A stretch of DNA of 64,000 nucleotides from an uncultured virus (IMG/VR IMGVR_UViG_3300031539_000016) (IMGVR_UViG_3300031539_000016); one strand, 5' to 3'. Positions 1 through 9,663 are shown, counted from the stretch's first letter. Numbers and translations are program-made. Notes: generated from the letters alone by a model not told the origin.

Positions 1-131
1 CACTTTTGGACTATGAGCCCACTTTTATATTGTAGTGAGCCCACACTTTTGGACTATGAGCCCACTTTTATATTGTAGTGAGCCCACACTTTTGGACTAT
101 GAGCCCACTTTTATACCATAGTGAGCCCACT
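1..131. repeat. 43-bp tandem repeat (3 copies visible, likely truncated by window start), iteron-like
   Basis: CACTTTTGGACTATGAGCCCACTTTTATA recurs at 1, 44 and 87; core TGAGCCCAC recurs at alternating 23/20-bp spacing. Confidence 0.9.
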
Positions 132-150
132 AATTATAAGGAGTGTTATT

Positions 151-372
151 ATGAAATGTATTACATACAGAATAGATGATGAAAAGTACGGACTACTAAG
201 AAATTATTGTACTAAGCATACTATGAGTATACAGAAATTATTAGATAGTCGTGTTGATAGTGTCTTGAAAAGCGAATATAAGTATTGTAGCTGTGGAATA
301 AACTTATTTACCCTACCAACACAAGATAGGATATTACACCTTCAAAACTGCAAAAATGGGCATAATAAGTGA
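151..372 (+). CDS. small ribbon-helix-helix-like DNA-binding protein with C-terminal Cys/His cluster
   Basis: AGGAG SD before ATG at 151; MKCITYRIDDEKY..L beta-helix-helix pattern; CSCG...HLQNC. Confidence 0.45.
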   Translation: MKCITYRIDDEKYGLLRNYCTKHTMSIQKLLDSRVDSVLKSEYKYCSCGINLFTLPTQDRILHLQNCKNGHNK

Positions 373-499
373 TTAAGCTCTTCATATACTACCTATATAG
401 TAAAAGAATACGGTTTTGTTCTGTACATCCTTTATTATCAGCTTAATGGGGGGTTTTGTTCCCGGCGAGAAAAGAATTCGGTATGATATAGTGGTTTCG

Positions 500-850
500 T
501 TAAATGATCCTATCAGTAAGCTCCTCTAAACGTAATGCATGTTCTTCCTTATCTTGTGCTTTATTTACCTGTTTTTGTAGTTTTTTGCTCAACCGTTGCC
601 ATTCAGGATCAGCCTTGTAGTTCGGCTTCATTTTCATCTCTGCCTGCTTGTCAGCCTTCTCTTCCAGGTCGGTGTAGAATTCTCGCCGGGATAAATCAGG
701 TTTACGGTCCTTAGAAACGGCCGGCTTCGGATCATACTGCCTTAATAGATAACCCACAGCCACAATTCCGCCAGCTAAGAGAATCCAGCCAGGATGATAC
801 AGTAGTAAATACAAACAAACAGTGCCTACCAAGAGGATAATTACATTCAT
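500..850 (-). CDS. hypothetical membrane protein
   Basis: GGAGG SD before MNVIILL; two hydrophobic segments followed by a charged tail. Confidence 0.55.
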   Translation of the reverse strand: MNVIILLVGTVCLYLLLYHPGWILLAGGIVAVGYLLRQYDPKPAVSKDRKPDLSRREFYTDLEEKADKQAEMKMKPNYKADPEWQRLSKKLQKQVNKAQDKEEHALRLEELTDRII

Positions 851-922
851 GTATCCTACCTCCAGTAAATTGCGAACAGCCAAAACAAAAAGGGTGCTAG
901 AGAAAAGAATTCGGTCTTAAGT

Positions 923-966
923 AAAAAAATAAGGGCTAGCCTCATTACTGAGGCTAGCCCTATTTT
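923..966 (-). terminator. intrinsic terminator (possibly bidirectional)
   Basis: AGGGCTAGCCTC-attact-GAGGCTAGCCCT stem with an A-run on the left, just past the SSB-like stop. Confidence 0.85.
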
Positions 967-993
967 CGGACGGATTATCACCGGTACTACATG

Positions 994-1677
994 TTACCCA
1001 AACGGATTGACTTCCAACGCGACTGCGGCTGCATTAGCCTTGGCCTGTTTCAGCCTTGCTACTTCGGCTTCCATTCGTGCAAGTTCAGCATCCGCTACTG
1101 CTACCGGGGGACCTGCGACGGCGCCATTACCAAGGAATCCCTGACCCTTGATATAAACTCTGGCACAACCGTAACGCCCAGTTTGTGCGGCCAACTGCGG
1201 ATTGTAATCATACGCCGGGGTTTTGGTTATTGCGATCAAGTAATCAGGCGTAATCGTGCAGTTCGGAGGAAGCAACCCTTCCTGGATGGCCCGAGCGATG
1301 TTCTGGCCTACCCTCTTGACGAGTTCTTTCTTCGAGTCGGCAGAGAATTCAAAGGATTTCACATGAAAGTTCGTATTCCTCTGTAATTCCTGTTTCCCAT
1401 TGGGCTTGATCACTCCGGTGGGTTTCGTGTGGGACCTGAGTACACCGTGGATATTGATCGCACGCCCCTTGTCAATATACAGGGCAGCCTTCTGTGCATA
1501 TCCAGCCCAGAACACCAGGCTGATCTCGTCCGTCATTTCCTGCCCAGTGGTTTTGTTCTTCCCACGATTTTTGATAACCGTCAGAAGACACCGGTGTTTC
1601 TTGGGATCGTCTGAAGGGAAGAAAGTGGGTTCTCCTGCCGCTCTTACGTTACTAAGTGTTAGGATATTGTCTATCAT
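994..1677 (-). CDS. ssb: single-stranded DNA-binding protein-like (OB fold)
   Basis: ISLVFWAGYAQKAALYIDKGRAINIHGVLRS matches the SSB core pattern; GGAGG SD before ATG at 1677; C-terminal NPFG. Confidence 0.7.
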   Translation of the reverse strand: MIDNILTLSNVRAAGEPTFFPSDDPKKHRCLLTVIKNRGKNKTTGQEMTDEISLVFWAGYAQKAALYIDKGRAINIHGVLRSHTKPTGVIKPNGKQELQRNTNFHVKSFEFSADSKKELVKRVGQNIARAIQEGLLPPNCTITPDYLIAITKTPAYDYNPQLAAQTGRYGCARVYIKGQGFLGNGAVAGPPVAVADAELARMEAEVARLKQAKANAAAVALEVNPFG

Positions 1678-1795
1678 GGTATTACCTCCAAATGTTTTGA
1701 ATGTTAATAAAGTGCTACTAATAACTAAAATGTTGGTGCATCCGTCCAAACTTAATAAAAATCAATCAATTAAATGGTTTGAGCCGCTATGGCTG

Positions 1796-2359
1796 TTAAT
1801 CTTCCCAGGGCGGATCGTCTTCGTCAATTATACCCACTTGACTAAATGGGCGTCTATGTGGTTCCGCCCCTGCTTTTAGAGTTTGCATAACAGGTTCAGC
1901 ATCCTCGATTAATACTTCCCATTCTTGTCCCGCGAAAAGATCCCTGTGGACAACGAATTTGACTTCTTCGTGAAGTAGATTGAGATGCATCTTGTCACCA
2001 TCTTCGTTTTCGATAGTAAAGGCACTTTTGTCCCATTTCTTGGCACCGCCCGCGATCATTACTTGGATGCCTCTGGCTGTGAATGCAAGCGGCCCTTCGC
2101 ACAAATACTCCATGGAATCAAGCCACTCCTTGAACTTCAGGGTGTTTAACATATAGTTATATGTATAGATAAGTGGCTTGTCTGCCTTTATTTCTTGGAT
2201 GGTGACGTCTATCCGTAACCCATATGGAGTTTCATTCTTGATTACCTGGCCAATCGTCAAGCTCGCATCCTTCAATTTCTTCTCCAGGAACTTCGCCGAC
2301 GAAATCAAGATACTCCTCAATGCTACATCCTTCACCTGTGACACCATAGGTAATTTCAT
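1796..2359 (-). CDS. hypothetical protein with acidic tail
   Basis: 187-aa ORF in tightly packed - strand operon, ends DEDDPPWED. Confidence 0.6.
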   Translation of the reverse strand: MKLPMVSQVKDVALRSILISSAKFLEKKLKDASLTIGQVIKNETPYGLRIDVTIQEIKADKPLIYTYNYMLNTLKFKEWLDSMEYLCEGPLAFTARGIQVMIAGGAKKWDKSAFTIENEDGDKMHLNLLHEEVKFVVHRDLFAGQEWEVLIEDAEPVMQTLKAGAEPHRRPFSQVGIIDEDDPPWED

Positions 2360-2666
2360 TGATATCCTCCATTAGTTCGGGGTCATCGTTTATGATAACC
2401 GTTTCTTGTTCAGGTTCTTCCATCAATGCCTCTTGTAATTCCGGGCTCAGTCCTAACAGTACTTGTATATCCGCCACTTCCTTGGGCAGTACTTTCTTTA
2501 CTTGCCTACTGAGGGCATCGAGAATGAAACAGACTGCCTGCCCAATCTCGAAACCCTCATTTCGGCACCAGAAAACGCCCCCTCTAGGCGAACTTATACT
2601 AATCTTTGCCCTGTCTGCTGAGACTGACCGGACTATGCCGTAATTGGCGTTTATGAATCTACTCAT
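2232..2666 (-). CDS. hypothetical protein
   Basis: ORF overlapping both neighbours in the operon; acidic C-terminus. Confidence 0.5.
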   Translation of the reverse strand: MSRFINANYGIVRSVSADRAKISISSPRGGVFWCRNEGFEIGQAVCFILDALSRQVKKVLPKEVADIQVLLGLSPELQEALMEEPEQETVIINDDPELMEDINEITYGVTGEGCSIEEYLDFVGEVPGEEIEGCELDDWPGNQE

Positions 2667-3303
2667 TGTACTCATCCCATTCCGGTGGTTCATCCAGGTC
2701 GGCTATCTGGTCATACACATAGTCAGGCACGGCTACACCATCTGGTATTTCCGGCAAATCGTCTATGTGCAAACCCTCGATCATAGACGCTGCCATTGAT
2801 GTGCCCGCTGTACCAGGAATGTCCTTGGAATTGGGATTGTTGACATCCTGCTCAATGTGGGCATAGGCGGCATCCTCTCGTGCCCTGTGCTCTGGCGTGT
2901 TATAGTTATTAGGCGCCGGTGTTGTGGCAGGAACAAAACTCGCTATCCACTCACCATTCTGGATACGCCCAAGAAACTTGTTAGCGGTGCTGTTAATAAC
3001 CCACATGATTTGGCTGCCCTGCCTTGCAAGAACAGCATACTGCCCCAAATTACCAAAGTTGTCCACCTTGTTTGGATTTTGTTCAATGCATCGCAGACTA
3101 AGTATTCGATCGCCCAGATTACAGCTGAAATCAAATCCCCTTAGAGTGTGCTGCCCGGTTGAAGAGTCTTTGAACCATCTGCCTGTGAATTTACCAGTAT
3201 TGGTTGTTAACACTGTCGTTGTTATGTCTGTGTTCTGAATCTTGGATTGAAAGATTGCCCTAAAAACCAGCTTCAAAAGTTCCATTCTTTGTTCGTTGGT
3301 CAT
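2659..3303 (-). CDS. hypothetical protein
   Basis: 214-aa ORF, AGGAG SD, ATGA overlap with the upstream gene. Confidence 0.65.
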   Translation of the reverse strand: MTNEQRMELLKLVFRAIFQSKIQNTDITTTVLTTNTGKFTGRWFKDSSTGQHTLRGFDFSCNLGDRILSLRCIEQNPNKVDNFGNLGQYAVLARQGSQIMWVINSTANKFLGRIQNGEWIASFVPATTPAPNNYNTPEHRAREDAAYAHIEQDVNNPNSKDIPGTAGTSMAASMIEGLHIDDLPEIPDGVAVPDYVYDQIADLDEPPEWDEYNE

Positions 3304-4010
3304 GATTTTCTCCTTATAATTGTTGGGTGTTTATGTTCAGTATGGTCCAAATCCAATGCATCGTAGGCGGTGAGATATCTTATATTGTTCATCTTTCCAC
3401 CAGGATGTCCCTCATCAATCGATTTGAGCAGCATGGCTGTTTCTTCCTTAGTGCCATATCCCTTACTATTAGCCGCTGCTTCCTCCGCGCGTGCTACTAA
3501 ATTGGTACCTTGCAGATCAATTTCCTCGTTAACTACCTCTGGCATTTGGCCGTACATTATGTTGAGTAAGGACTTTAGCTTGCCCCCTACCCAGCCCATT
3601 TCGTTCAGTGTGGGCATGTCACTATAAAGTGCCCAGCGGCATGTTGACTCCATCCCGATAGAGCACGCCTCATCTTCGTAGATTTGGGGCAGTGAATTTA
3701 ATGCCACCAGATCTGGTTCTTGTTCTAATTGCTCAACATGAACCAGTTCGTGGAAGAAAGTATATACGAGATTGAACCATACATTGGCAGTGTACATTAT
3801 ACCTTTCTTCATCCACTTTTTGTGTATTAGACAGGCGCCCATATCTATGTATATAGTGCCTGTTTCGGGCTCGAATGCCCCGGTATCCCCATCAAGTTCT
3901 TCTATGAACGCGTCAAAGATTACTCGCTTTACAGATTTATGTTCTTCACACGCCTCGTGTACTATACGTACTAACTCCGGCGGTGCACCCTTATTATCTA
4001 TTATTTCCAT
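3300..4010 (-). CDS. hypothetical protein with HExxH motif (possible zinc metallopeptidase fold)
   Basis: FFHELVHVEQ; strong GGAGGTGAT SD. Confidence 0.55.
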   Translation of the reverse strand: MEIIDNKGAPPELVRIVHEACEEHKSVKRVIFDAFIEELDGDTGAFEPETGTIYIDMGACLIHKKWMKKGIMYTANVWFNLVYTFFHELVHVEQLEQEPDLVALNSLPQIYEDEACSIGMESTCRWALYSDMPTLNEMGWVGGKLKSLLNIMYGQMPEVVNEEIDLQGTNLVARAEEAAANSKGYGTKEETAMLLKSIDEGHPGGKMNNIRYLTAYDALDLDHTEHKHPTIIRRKS

Positions 4011-4016
4011 TTCATA

Positions 4017-4253
4017 TCACCTCCTCGTTATAGGTTCATTGCACGGTTTGAGCCGAAATGGCTGTTTGTTAGTTGTGGCTATTGCCTGTTTTAAGTCCTC
4101 GATTAGGTCTTTGAACTTCCATGATTGCGTGCCGTCAGTATAACCGTCGCCGTCATCGTTCATCGTGTCGAATACGAGCTCCTCGTCTATATAAGTGACT
4201 AATGCTTTTGCTGCTTTTACTATATCTTCCATTGCTTTCTCCTTTCTGTTCAA
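4017..4253 (-). CDS. hypothetical protein
   Basis: 78-aa ORF in operon. Confidence 0.5.
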   Translation of the reverse strand: MNRKEKAMEDIVKAAKALVTYIDEELVFDTMNDDGDGYTDGTQSWKFKDLIEDLKQAIATTNKQPFRLKPCNEPITRR

Positions 4254-4444
4254 AGATTTATGTTCATAGGCGGTTAGAGCTGCTTTGGCTGTATTGCTGT
4301 TATGGCTGTGGGCTGTTGGTATTATCTGGCTGTTCTACACAGGCCGTGCAGGTGCCACTGTTCCGTAGTTGAAGGGTTGGCTGTACATAACCGACTGTTC
4401 CGAATAACCTGGCTGAGCCGTCGCCGACCCAGCTACTCCTATGA

Positions 4445-5257
4445 TTATGCATACTTAAAAGGATCCACGTCGTTGCCAACACTCATAGCTTTCTGCTCTT
4501 CCCATGGAACACTCTCGTCACCGAACGGATTAGGCTGTAATACTGATGCTTGTGGTGCTTGTGGTGCTGGGGTCTGTGACGATTGTGCAGCCTTTATAGA
4601 TGCAATCCTCTTCTCAATAGCAGCAATTTCATTATCGATATTAGCAATATCGATACTATCAATTGGTGCCGGTGAACCATCATGATTGACCTTATGCGAT
4701 ACAGTCTTACTCGCATATTCCTGGGCAGTGAGTACTTTGGCATAGTCAGCAGGATCGGTCATCTCTACCAAGAGTTCTACCCATGGTACCTTAGTTCCAT
4801 TGTTAGGGTTGTTAGGATCCTTTCCCATGAAGTAGGAAGGCACAAATTGATGATGCATGGTTTGTATTTCTACCTTAGCACCACTGCGGCATCGGTCATG
4901 TTCTGGTGGGGGAGAAAGAATGCCGTGATCATCGATTTGACTGTACATCTTGAATCTATATTTGATTGGCATACCATTCTTACGTTTGGATATCCTAATA
5001 GCATCCTTCTTCTTCTGGTCGGAGCTGAGTGCAGGATCAATAGAACCCTCAGAGATTGCGACAGTTTGCCCAGACTCACTGGTAAGATAAACCAGTGTAG
5101 CACCACACTTAGGGCATCTGGTGTACTCACGAGAAGAATACATACCCTTACGACATGCAGGACAGGTTCTATCGAACAGTAGATTGTCATGCATTAAAGT
5201 ACCAACAAGCTTAAACGCATAATTCGCACTTCTTTTGACACTTACTTGATTTTCCAT
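4445..5257 (-). CDS. zinc-ribbon protein with SSB-like coiled/acidic tail
   Basis: CPAC...CPKC; tail with NPFG and DPF. Confidence 0.55.
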   Translation of the reverse strand: MENQVSVKRSANYAFKLVGTLMHDNLLFDRTCPACRKGMYSSREYTRCPKCGATLVYLTSESGQTVAISEGSIDPALSSDQKKKDAIRISKRKNGMPIKYRFKMYSQIDDHGILSPPPEHDRCRSGAKVEIQTMHHQFVPSYFMGKDPNNPNNGTKVPWVELLVEMTDPADYAKVLTAQEYASKTVSHKVNHDGSPAPIDSIDIANIDNEIAAIEKRIASIKAAQSSQTPAPQAPQASVLQPNPFGDESVPWEEQKAMSVGNDVDPFKYA

Positions 5258-5316
5258 AACACCTCCATAGTAGTTTATTTGAGGACAGTGTAGCTCCTGA
5301 CGTCTTTCGACCGGCC

Positions 5317-5778
5317 TTATCCTTTTAATTTGTTTGTATTCAAGAAGACATTCCTTACTGCCATCAATAATCTTCCTAGATAGTTTTCACCACACCAAGC
5401 TCCTTGGGCATCCTTTACCATCCCCCAAAAATAGTCTTTCCACCAGTTACCCTCTATTAGTATGGCGTCATCAGTTGCACAGAGTTTGTCTTGAAGCCAT
5501 TTGTTTTGGGAAAACTTACAATAGAGTATCATACCCATTTCGGTTATTTTAACCTCATCCCAGTCAGGCCGACAAGTTATTTCACGCCCTCTATGTTTAG
5601 CTTCGGTTGGGGTGTTAGCATCTGATATATACGCCCTGTCCTTTTCGTTTGTTGCTTTACATGCTGCAAAGGCATGTTCGGAACTTTTATAGGTATGGTT
5701 ATTATAAATAACCGATGTACCATAAAAGTTGGATAAAAAGGAATACTCACCTCTGAAATTGTCTATTATTTTTGTCAT
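5317..5778 (-). CDS. NADAR (YbiA-like) hydrolase
   Basis: FLSNFY, SSEHAF, AKHRGR, DWDEVK, KFSQN, LIEGN.W.DYFWG, GENYLGRLLMAVR motifs. Confidence 0.9.
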   Translation of the reverse strand: MTKIIDNFRGEYSFLSNFYGTSVIYNNHTYKSSEHAFAACKATNEKDRAYISDANTPTEAKHRGREITCRPDWDEVKITEMGMILYCKFSQNKWLQDKLCATDDAILIEGNWWKDYFWGMVKDAQGAWCGENYLGRLLMAVRNVFLNTNKLKG

Positions 5779-6206
5779 AATACACCTCCCATCATTTTGA
5801 CGCATTCAGGACCGATGCCTGATTTAATGGATTTGGGGTTAGTAAGGTTACGTCCGCATCTGCAACAGGTGTTGTGATGGTATATTGCCATAGTTTTGGG
5901 CATAGAGTTATTAACAACATGACGCCATGCCCACACAAACGATTTACACACAACATAATAACGAGGCATGCTCTTTTTAGTGTAAAAGAACTTGTGCCCT
6001 TTACTGATACACCCCACATAACGATATCCGGAATCAGTTTTAGCCCATACAAAATGGACTTGTGCGTTTCTTTTGGAAACCGTTATTCTATAAGTTAGAT
6101 GTTTATTGGTTGTGTTACTACATACAGTGAATAGAGCTTTACCACCAACCATGTATGCCTTAGCCTTTTCCGCCGTCTCTAGACGTGTAGGAACCATTAT
6201 AGTCAT
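5775..6206 (-). CDS. DUF6011-like zinc-binding protein
   Basis: C-terminal CCRCGRNLTNPKSIKSGIGPEC. Confidence 0.75.
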   Translation of the reverse strand: MTIMVPTRLETAEKAKAYMVGGKALFTVCSNTTNKHLTYRITVSKRNAQVHFVWAKTDSGYRYVGCISKGHKFFYTKKSMPRYYVVCKSFVWAWRHVVNNSMPKTMAIYHHNTCCRCGRNLTNPKSIKSGIGPECVKMMGGVL

Positions 6207-6334
6207 TTTCTTTTCCTTTCTCGTACCATTTGTATTTAATAAATTTACTTATCATTCGGTGCCCACGAGTGGTACGATGTCTCTGATGAGCACCTTTATT
6301 CCTTTTACTATTGAATTGTTTGTTTCCGTTTCGC

Positions 6335-6604
6335 CTAGGCATTGTCACCTGCTTCCATCTCATCACAGTCTTTGGCTATACGATCAAGTTCTTTGGCACT
6401 ATTAGCAGCTTGTGTGAGCTCGAATGCAAGTGTTAATGCCTCGTCTGCGGTTAAGTCACATGACCCCTTGGTTACATACCCATGTAGATAATCACCACGT
6501 GGTGGTGCTTGATGTTTGGGGTCCTCATAGAGAACAAACCAATCATCTTCAAAGGCCAACAAAACATCTGGACCATCTCCCCATGTACAAGTTGCTCTTT
6601 TCAT
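6335..6604 (-). CDS. hypothetical protein
   Basis: AGGAGG SD, 89 aa. Confidence 0.55.
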   Translation of the reverse strand: MKRATCTWGDGPDVLLAFEDDWFVLYEDPKHQAPPRGDYLHGYVTKGSCDLTADEALTLAFELTQAANSAKELDRIAKDCDEMEAGDNA

Positions 6605-6620
6605 TATATTACCTCCTTTA

Positions 6621-7034
6621 TTAGTTATATATCAAATATAGCTTTTGTTGATTGTTAGATACCAGTTCTTTTTTACCCTCCAAAATAAGAATACCTGTTT
6701 TAACACCGAATTTTAAGGCATCCTTTGTTTTTACCATAAAGATATCGACCTGGAGCTTTTTACGTTTATGCATTCTGTCCTCGAATGTTAGTGTTTTGTG
6801 GCCCTCCAGGATGACATTGTCACCAAACTTGAAGTCAAAAAGAGCTTCCAAGTCTCTGGAGAGTGCAACAATTCCAGGACGTACTTTCTTTCCAGAAGCA
6901 GTAATGGTTGGAGTTGAGTCAGTTTCACATTTTCGTGCGGAATAAGCAGTTAGTGTAACATGGACTTTAATAGGTTCTGCAAAAGCCAAAGATCCGATGG
7001 ACATAAAGACAAGAACAAGGACTAGTGTTTTCAT
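6621..7034 (-). CDS. 3D-domain secreted peptidoglycan-acting protein
   Basis: signal peptide; VTLTAYS..ETD.TP.ITASG, IVALSRDL, EDRM, VDIFM. Confidence 0.8.
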   Translation of the reverse strand: MKTLVLVLVFMSIGSLAFAEPIKVHVTLTAYSARKCETDSTPTITASGKKVRPGIVALSRDLEALFDFKFGDNVILEGHKTLTFEDRMHKRKKLQVDIFMVKTKDALKFGVKTGILILEGKKELVSNNQQKLYLIYN

Positions 7035-7368
7035 TATATCATCCTCCGTATTCGTTTCCATAATGTTCGTTCATAGAGCCAGCATATTTCCCTAGCAAGT
7101 CGCCTGGGAAATACTTTCCGAAGTCTACAATAGACATGTAGAGGGTTAAGTTTATGCTGCAATATCTTACTACACATGTCGATCACCTCCCTTCTTAATT
7201 ACATATTAGTTTCTAACTGTTCCATCTTGTCCACCATAGAACTCTTCGTTCTCGTGGAATTTGAGTTTATCCCAATTACGTATCTCAATGATATTGTCCT
7301 TTGCCAATCCTAGTCCATTATATGGAAATAACTTGGAAAGAATCCATTGAATAAATCTACTTATCATA

Positions 7369-7683
7369 TTACTTACCTCCTCTCTGATTGTTTACTACAA
7401 GTTTTAACTTTCTTTCTACCACAATAGGGACTTTTTTGGCGGCGAGAATTTCCATACACAACAGGCGCCCATGTTCAAGATCCTCAATTGAATCAGTTAT
7501 CCCTACCAGAGTAGTTGTGGCAACTATAGCTCTTTTGTGACAGTCCGTTTCAATCGCACGTTTTTTGATTTTCTTCATCACTTCAAGAGATCTACGTAAT
7601 ACCTGAAGATACTCATCTATCGTTATCAGGTTTCTTTTGGCTATTTTCTTTTCTTCATCAGTCATAGTATCACCTTCTTTCAT
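7369..7683 (-). CDS. hypothetical protein
   Basis: 104-aa ORF in - strand block. Confidence 0.5.
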   Translation of the reverse strand: MKEGDTMTDEEKKIAKRNLITIDEYLQVLRRSLEVMKKIKKRAIETDCHKRAIVATTTLVGITDSIEDLEHGRLLCMEILAAKKVPIVVERKLKLVVNNQRGGK

Positions 7684-9217
7684 GAGAGTTTAATGGCAGG
7701 GGTATTCAAACCCCTCCAAATTTGCAGATTACACATTACTAGTTCTTCATTCTACCTACGCATAGATATCTATGCCTTCTGTAGTAAGTTGTTTGGGTTT
7801 AGGATCTTTTATTTGTGTTACTGGTTTAGGTTCTTCTTCTATCCGCTCATATACAAGAACGAATCCACCGCACTTAACAGCAACACGTATGATTTTATGC
7901 ACCATACTTGCCTCCTGTGCGTAAGTGTTTGATGGATTTATTGTTGAACTGTTTACGTTTGGCTCGAGCTCTGAATTTATAAGATAGATGGGTTGGTTGT
8001 TGATTAATTACATCCATGTTTAGATTGAGTTCATCATCAACCAGTTTGGGCTCTTCTTGAGCTTCAACCTCAGCTATCATTGTATCGAGCTTCTTCTGCC
8101 AGTTGCGATTACATAACGCAACAATCCAAGGTATCAGTTTCATCTACCACCTCCTTTATTGTTTTTTAACCACTCTGCGAATTCTTTGTCAAAATCACCT
8201 CCTCTTGCCTTGATGATGTCTCTTGCTATCATCTCTACCTTGGTGAATGCCATACCACCTTCAAGGTCTTTACGCATAAAGTCCACCATTTCCTCATACT
8301 CTCTACTTCCTGGTTCTGGTATACCCATACAATCACCTCCATTTGTGTTTTGTACGGGGGCCATGCAGCCCCCGCATGGACTATTACACTTCCATTATAT
8401 GGAAGGGGAAGTCCAGACCGAGATCCGTCAGCCGACGAATTTCTTCGTCTTCTACATCAGGATCAAAGTCAAACCTATCCTCACAGGTATCCATACTATC
8501 ACCTCCCTTCTATTGATATAGTCTTTCCGGCCATTGATAGTTTGCGGCCCAACGAGTTTCTGAATTGATATCGCTGGATTCGTATATTTGCCACCAGAGC
8601 CATTCATGAAACATACTATCACCTCCTTTCTAATAAGCTATTCCATTTTTCCACTTTTCTGTCTTGGGAACTATAGGCTTGTAATAGACCCAATTCACGA
8701 GTCTGTCAACACAACCCAACAGAATGACAAACTCACCTCTACCAGTGCGACCGAAGTCAAGTTCCCACAACGCATATGCGCCGGAGTAATAGACACGGAA
8801 ATACTTCCATTCTATCAGTCGCAAGTGTTTCTGATTCTTTCTCATAATTCACCTCCTAGAATAGTAATAGAATCCATACGCATACCATACAGAAACAAGA
8901 CATACATAATTCTACTGTACTAAGACTATTCCAAATAGCTATCTGTTTACGGATTATTGCGGTCAAGAACATACCAATCACCTTCTTTCTTATCGAACAG
9001 TTGTAGGTTGTTGGTTGAATACACGCCTTTATCAGTACAAAGGTACGTATAAGCTATTCCCTGAAATGTTTTGGTTACAGGTTCTTTGATGTAGTAGGGC
9101 TCTCCTATACTGACGAATCCCACTGCTTTGGCACCGTGTAGAAATACGATGTCAAACCGTTTATTTACCACTTTTACCACCCCCTTTCTTTATTTAGATT
9201 TAAGTCCTTAAAGACTT

Positions 9218-9285
9218 GTGTCCCCACGGGAGGGAATCGAACCCTCCCCGAAACCCAGCCTCTCGGCCTTCCTGGGTAGGGGCAC
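9218..9285 (-). ncRNA. tRNA-like three-way-junction RNA with T-loop
   Basis: GUGCCCCUAC/GUGGGGACAC closing stem, GCC-GAGA-GGC hairpin, GGGAGGG-UUCGAUU-CCCUCCC T-arm; no anticodon arm. Confidence 0.55.
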
Positions 9286-9291
9286 TAGCCT

Positions 9292-9320
9292 TCAAAGAAA
9301 GGGGGACCGAAGTCCCCCCA
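9292..9320 (-). terminator. intrinsic terminator with UUCG tetraloop
   Basis: - strand GGGGGAC-TTCG-GTCCCCC followed by TTTCTTT, after the stop at 9327. Confidence 0.8.
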
Positions 9321-9326
9321 TAAAGA

Positions 9327-9611
9327 TTACGCCTTAGCGACCATGGCCTTCAACTCTTGTTCTTTTGCTGCCTGTGTACGAGCAAGTTTCTTTGTTTGCT
9401 CATAGTCTTTCCTCTGTTTGCGATTTCTTCCAGTCTTTGCGAAGATTCCACAATCATAACAAACAAGAGGTTTGCCTTCAGGCTTTCTGGCAACAATGTT
9501 CTTTTTGAGTGCTGTATGAGACACCCCTTCTGCACCACGAACTTTGCAACATCTGGGATTGGCACAGAACACATCCACACTTCTCTCTGCGAAACTAAAA
9601 GGTTTTTTCAT
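9327..9611 (-). CDS. Cys-rich hypothetical protein
   Basis: CANPRC...CYDC; SD present. Confidence 0.55.
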   Translation of the reverse strand: MKKPFSFAERSVDVFCANPRCCKVRGAEGVSHTALKKNIVARKPEGKPLVCYDCGIFAKTGRNRKQRKDYEQTKKLARTQAAKEQELKAMVAKA

Positions 9612-9663
9612 AATAACACACTCCTCTCTATCTAAAGGTTTATACCAAACATCTCATACTCTA

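Noticed and set aside
1..131. CRISPR array
   Set aside because: Units are near-identical tandem copies with no unique spacers, and there are no cas genes.
9218..9285. Bona fide tRNA or tmRNA gene
   Set aside because: No D or anticodon arm, no CCA and no tag ORF; kept only as a tRNA-like RNA.
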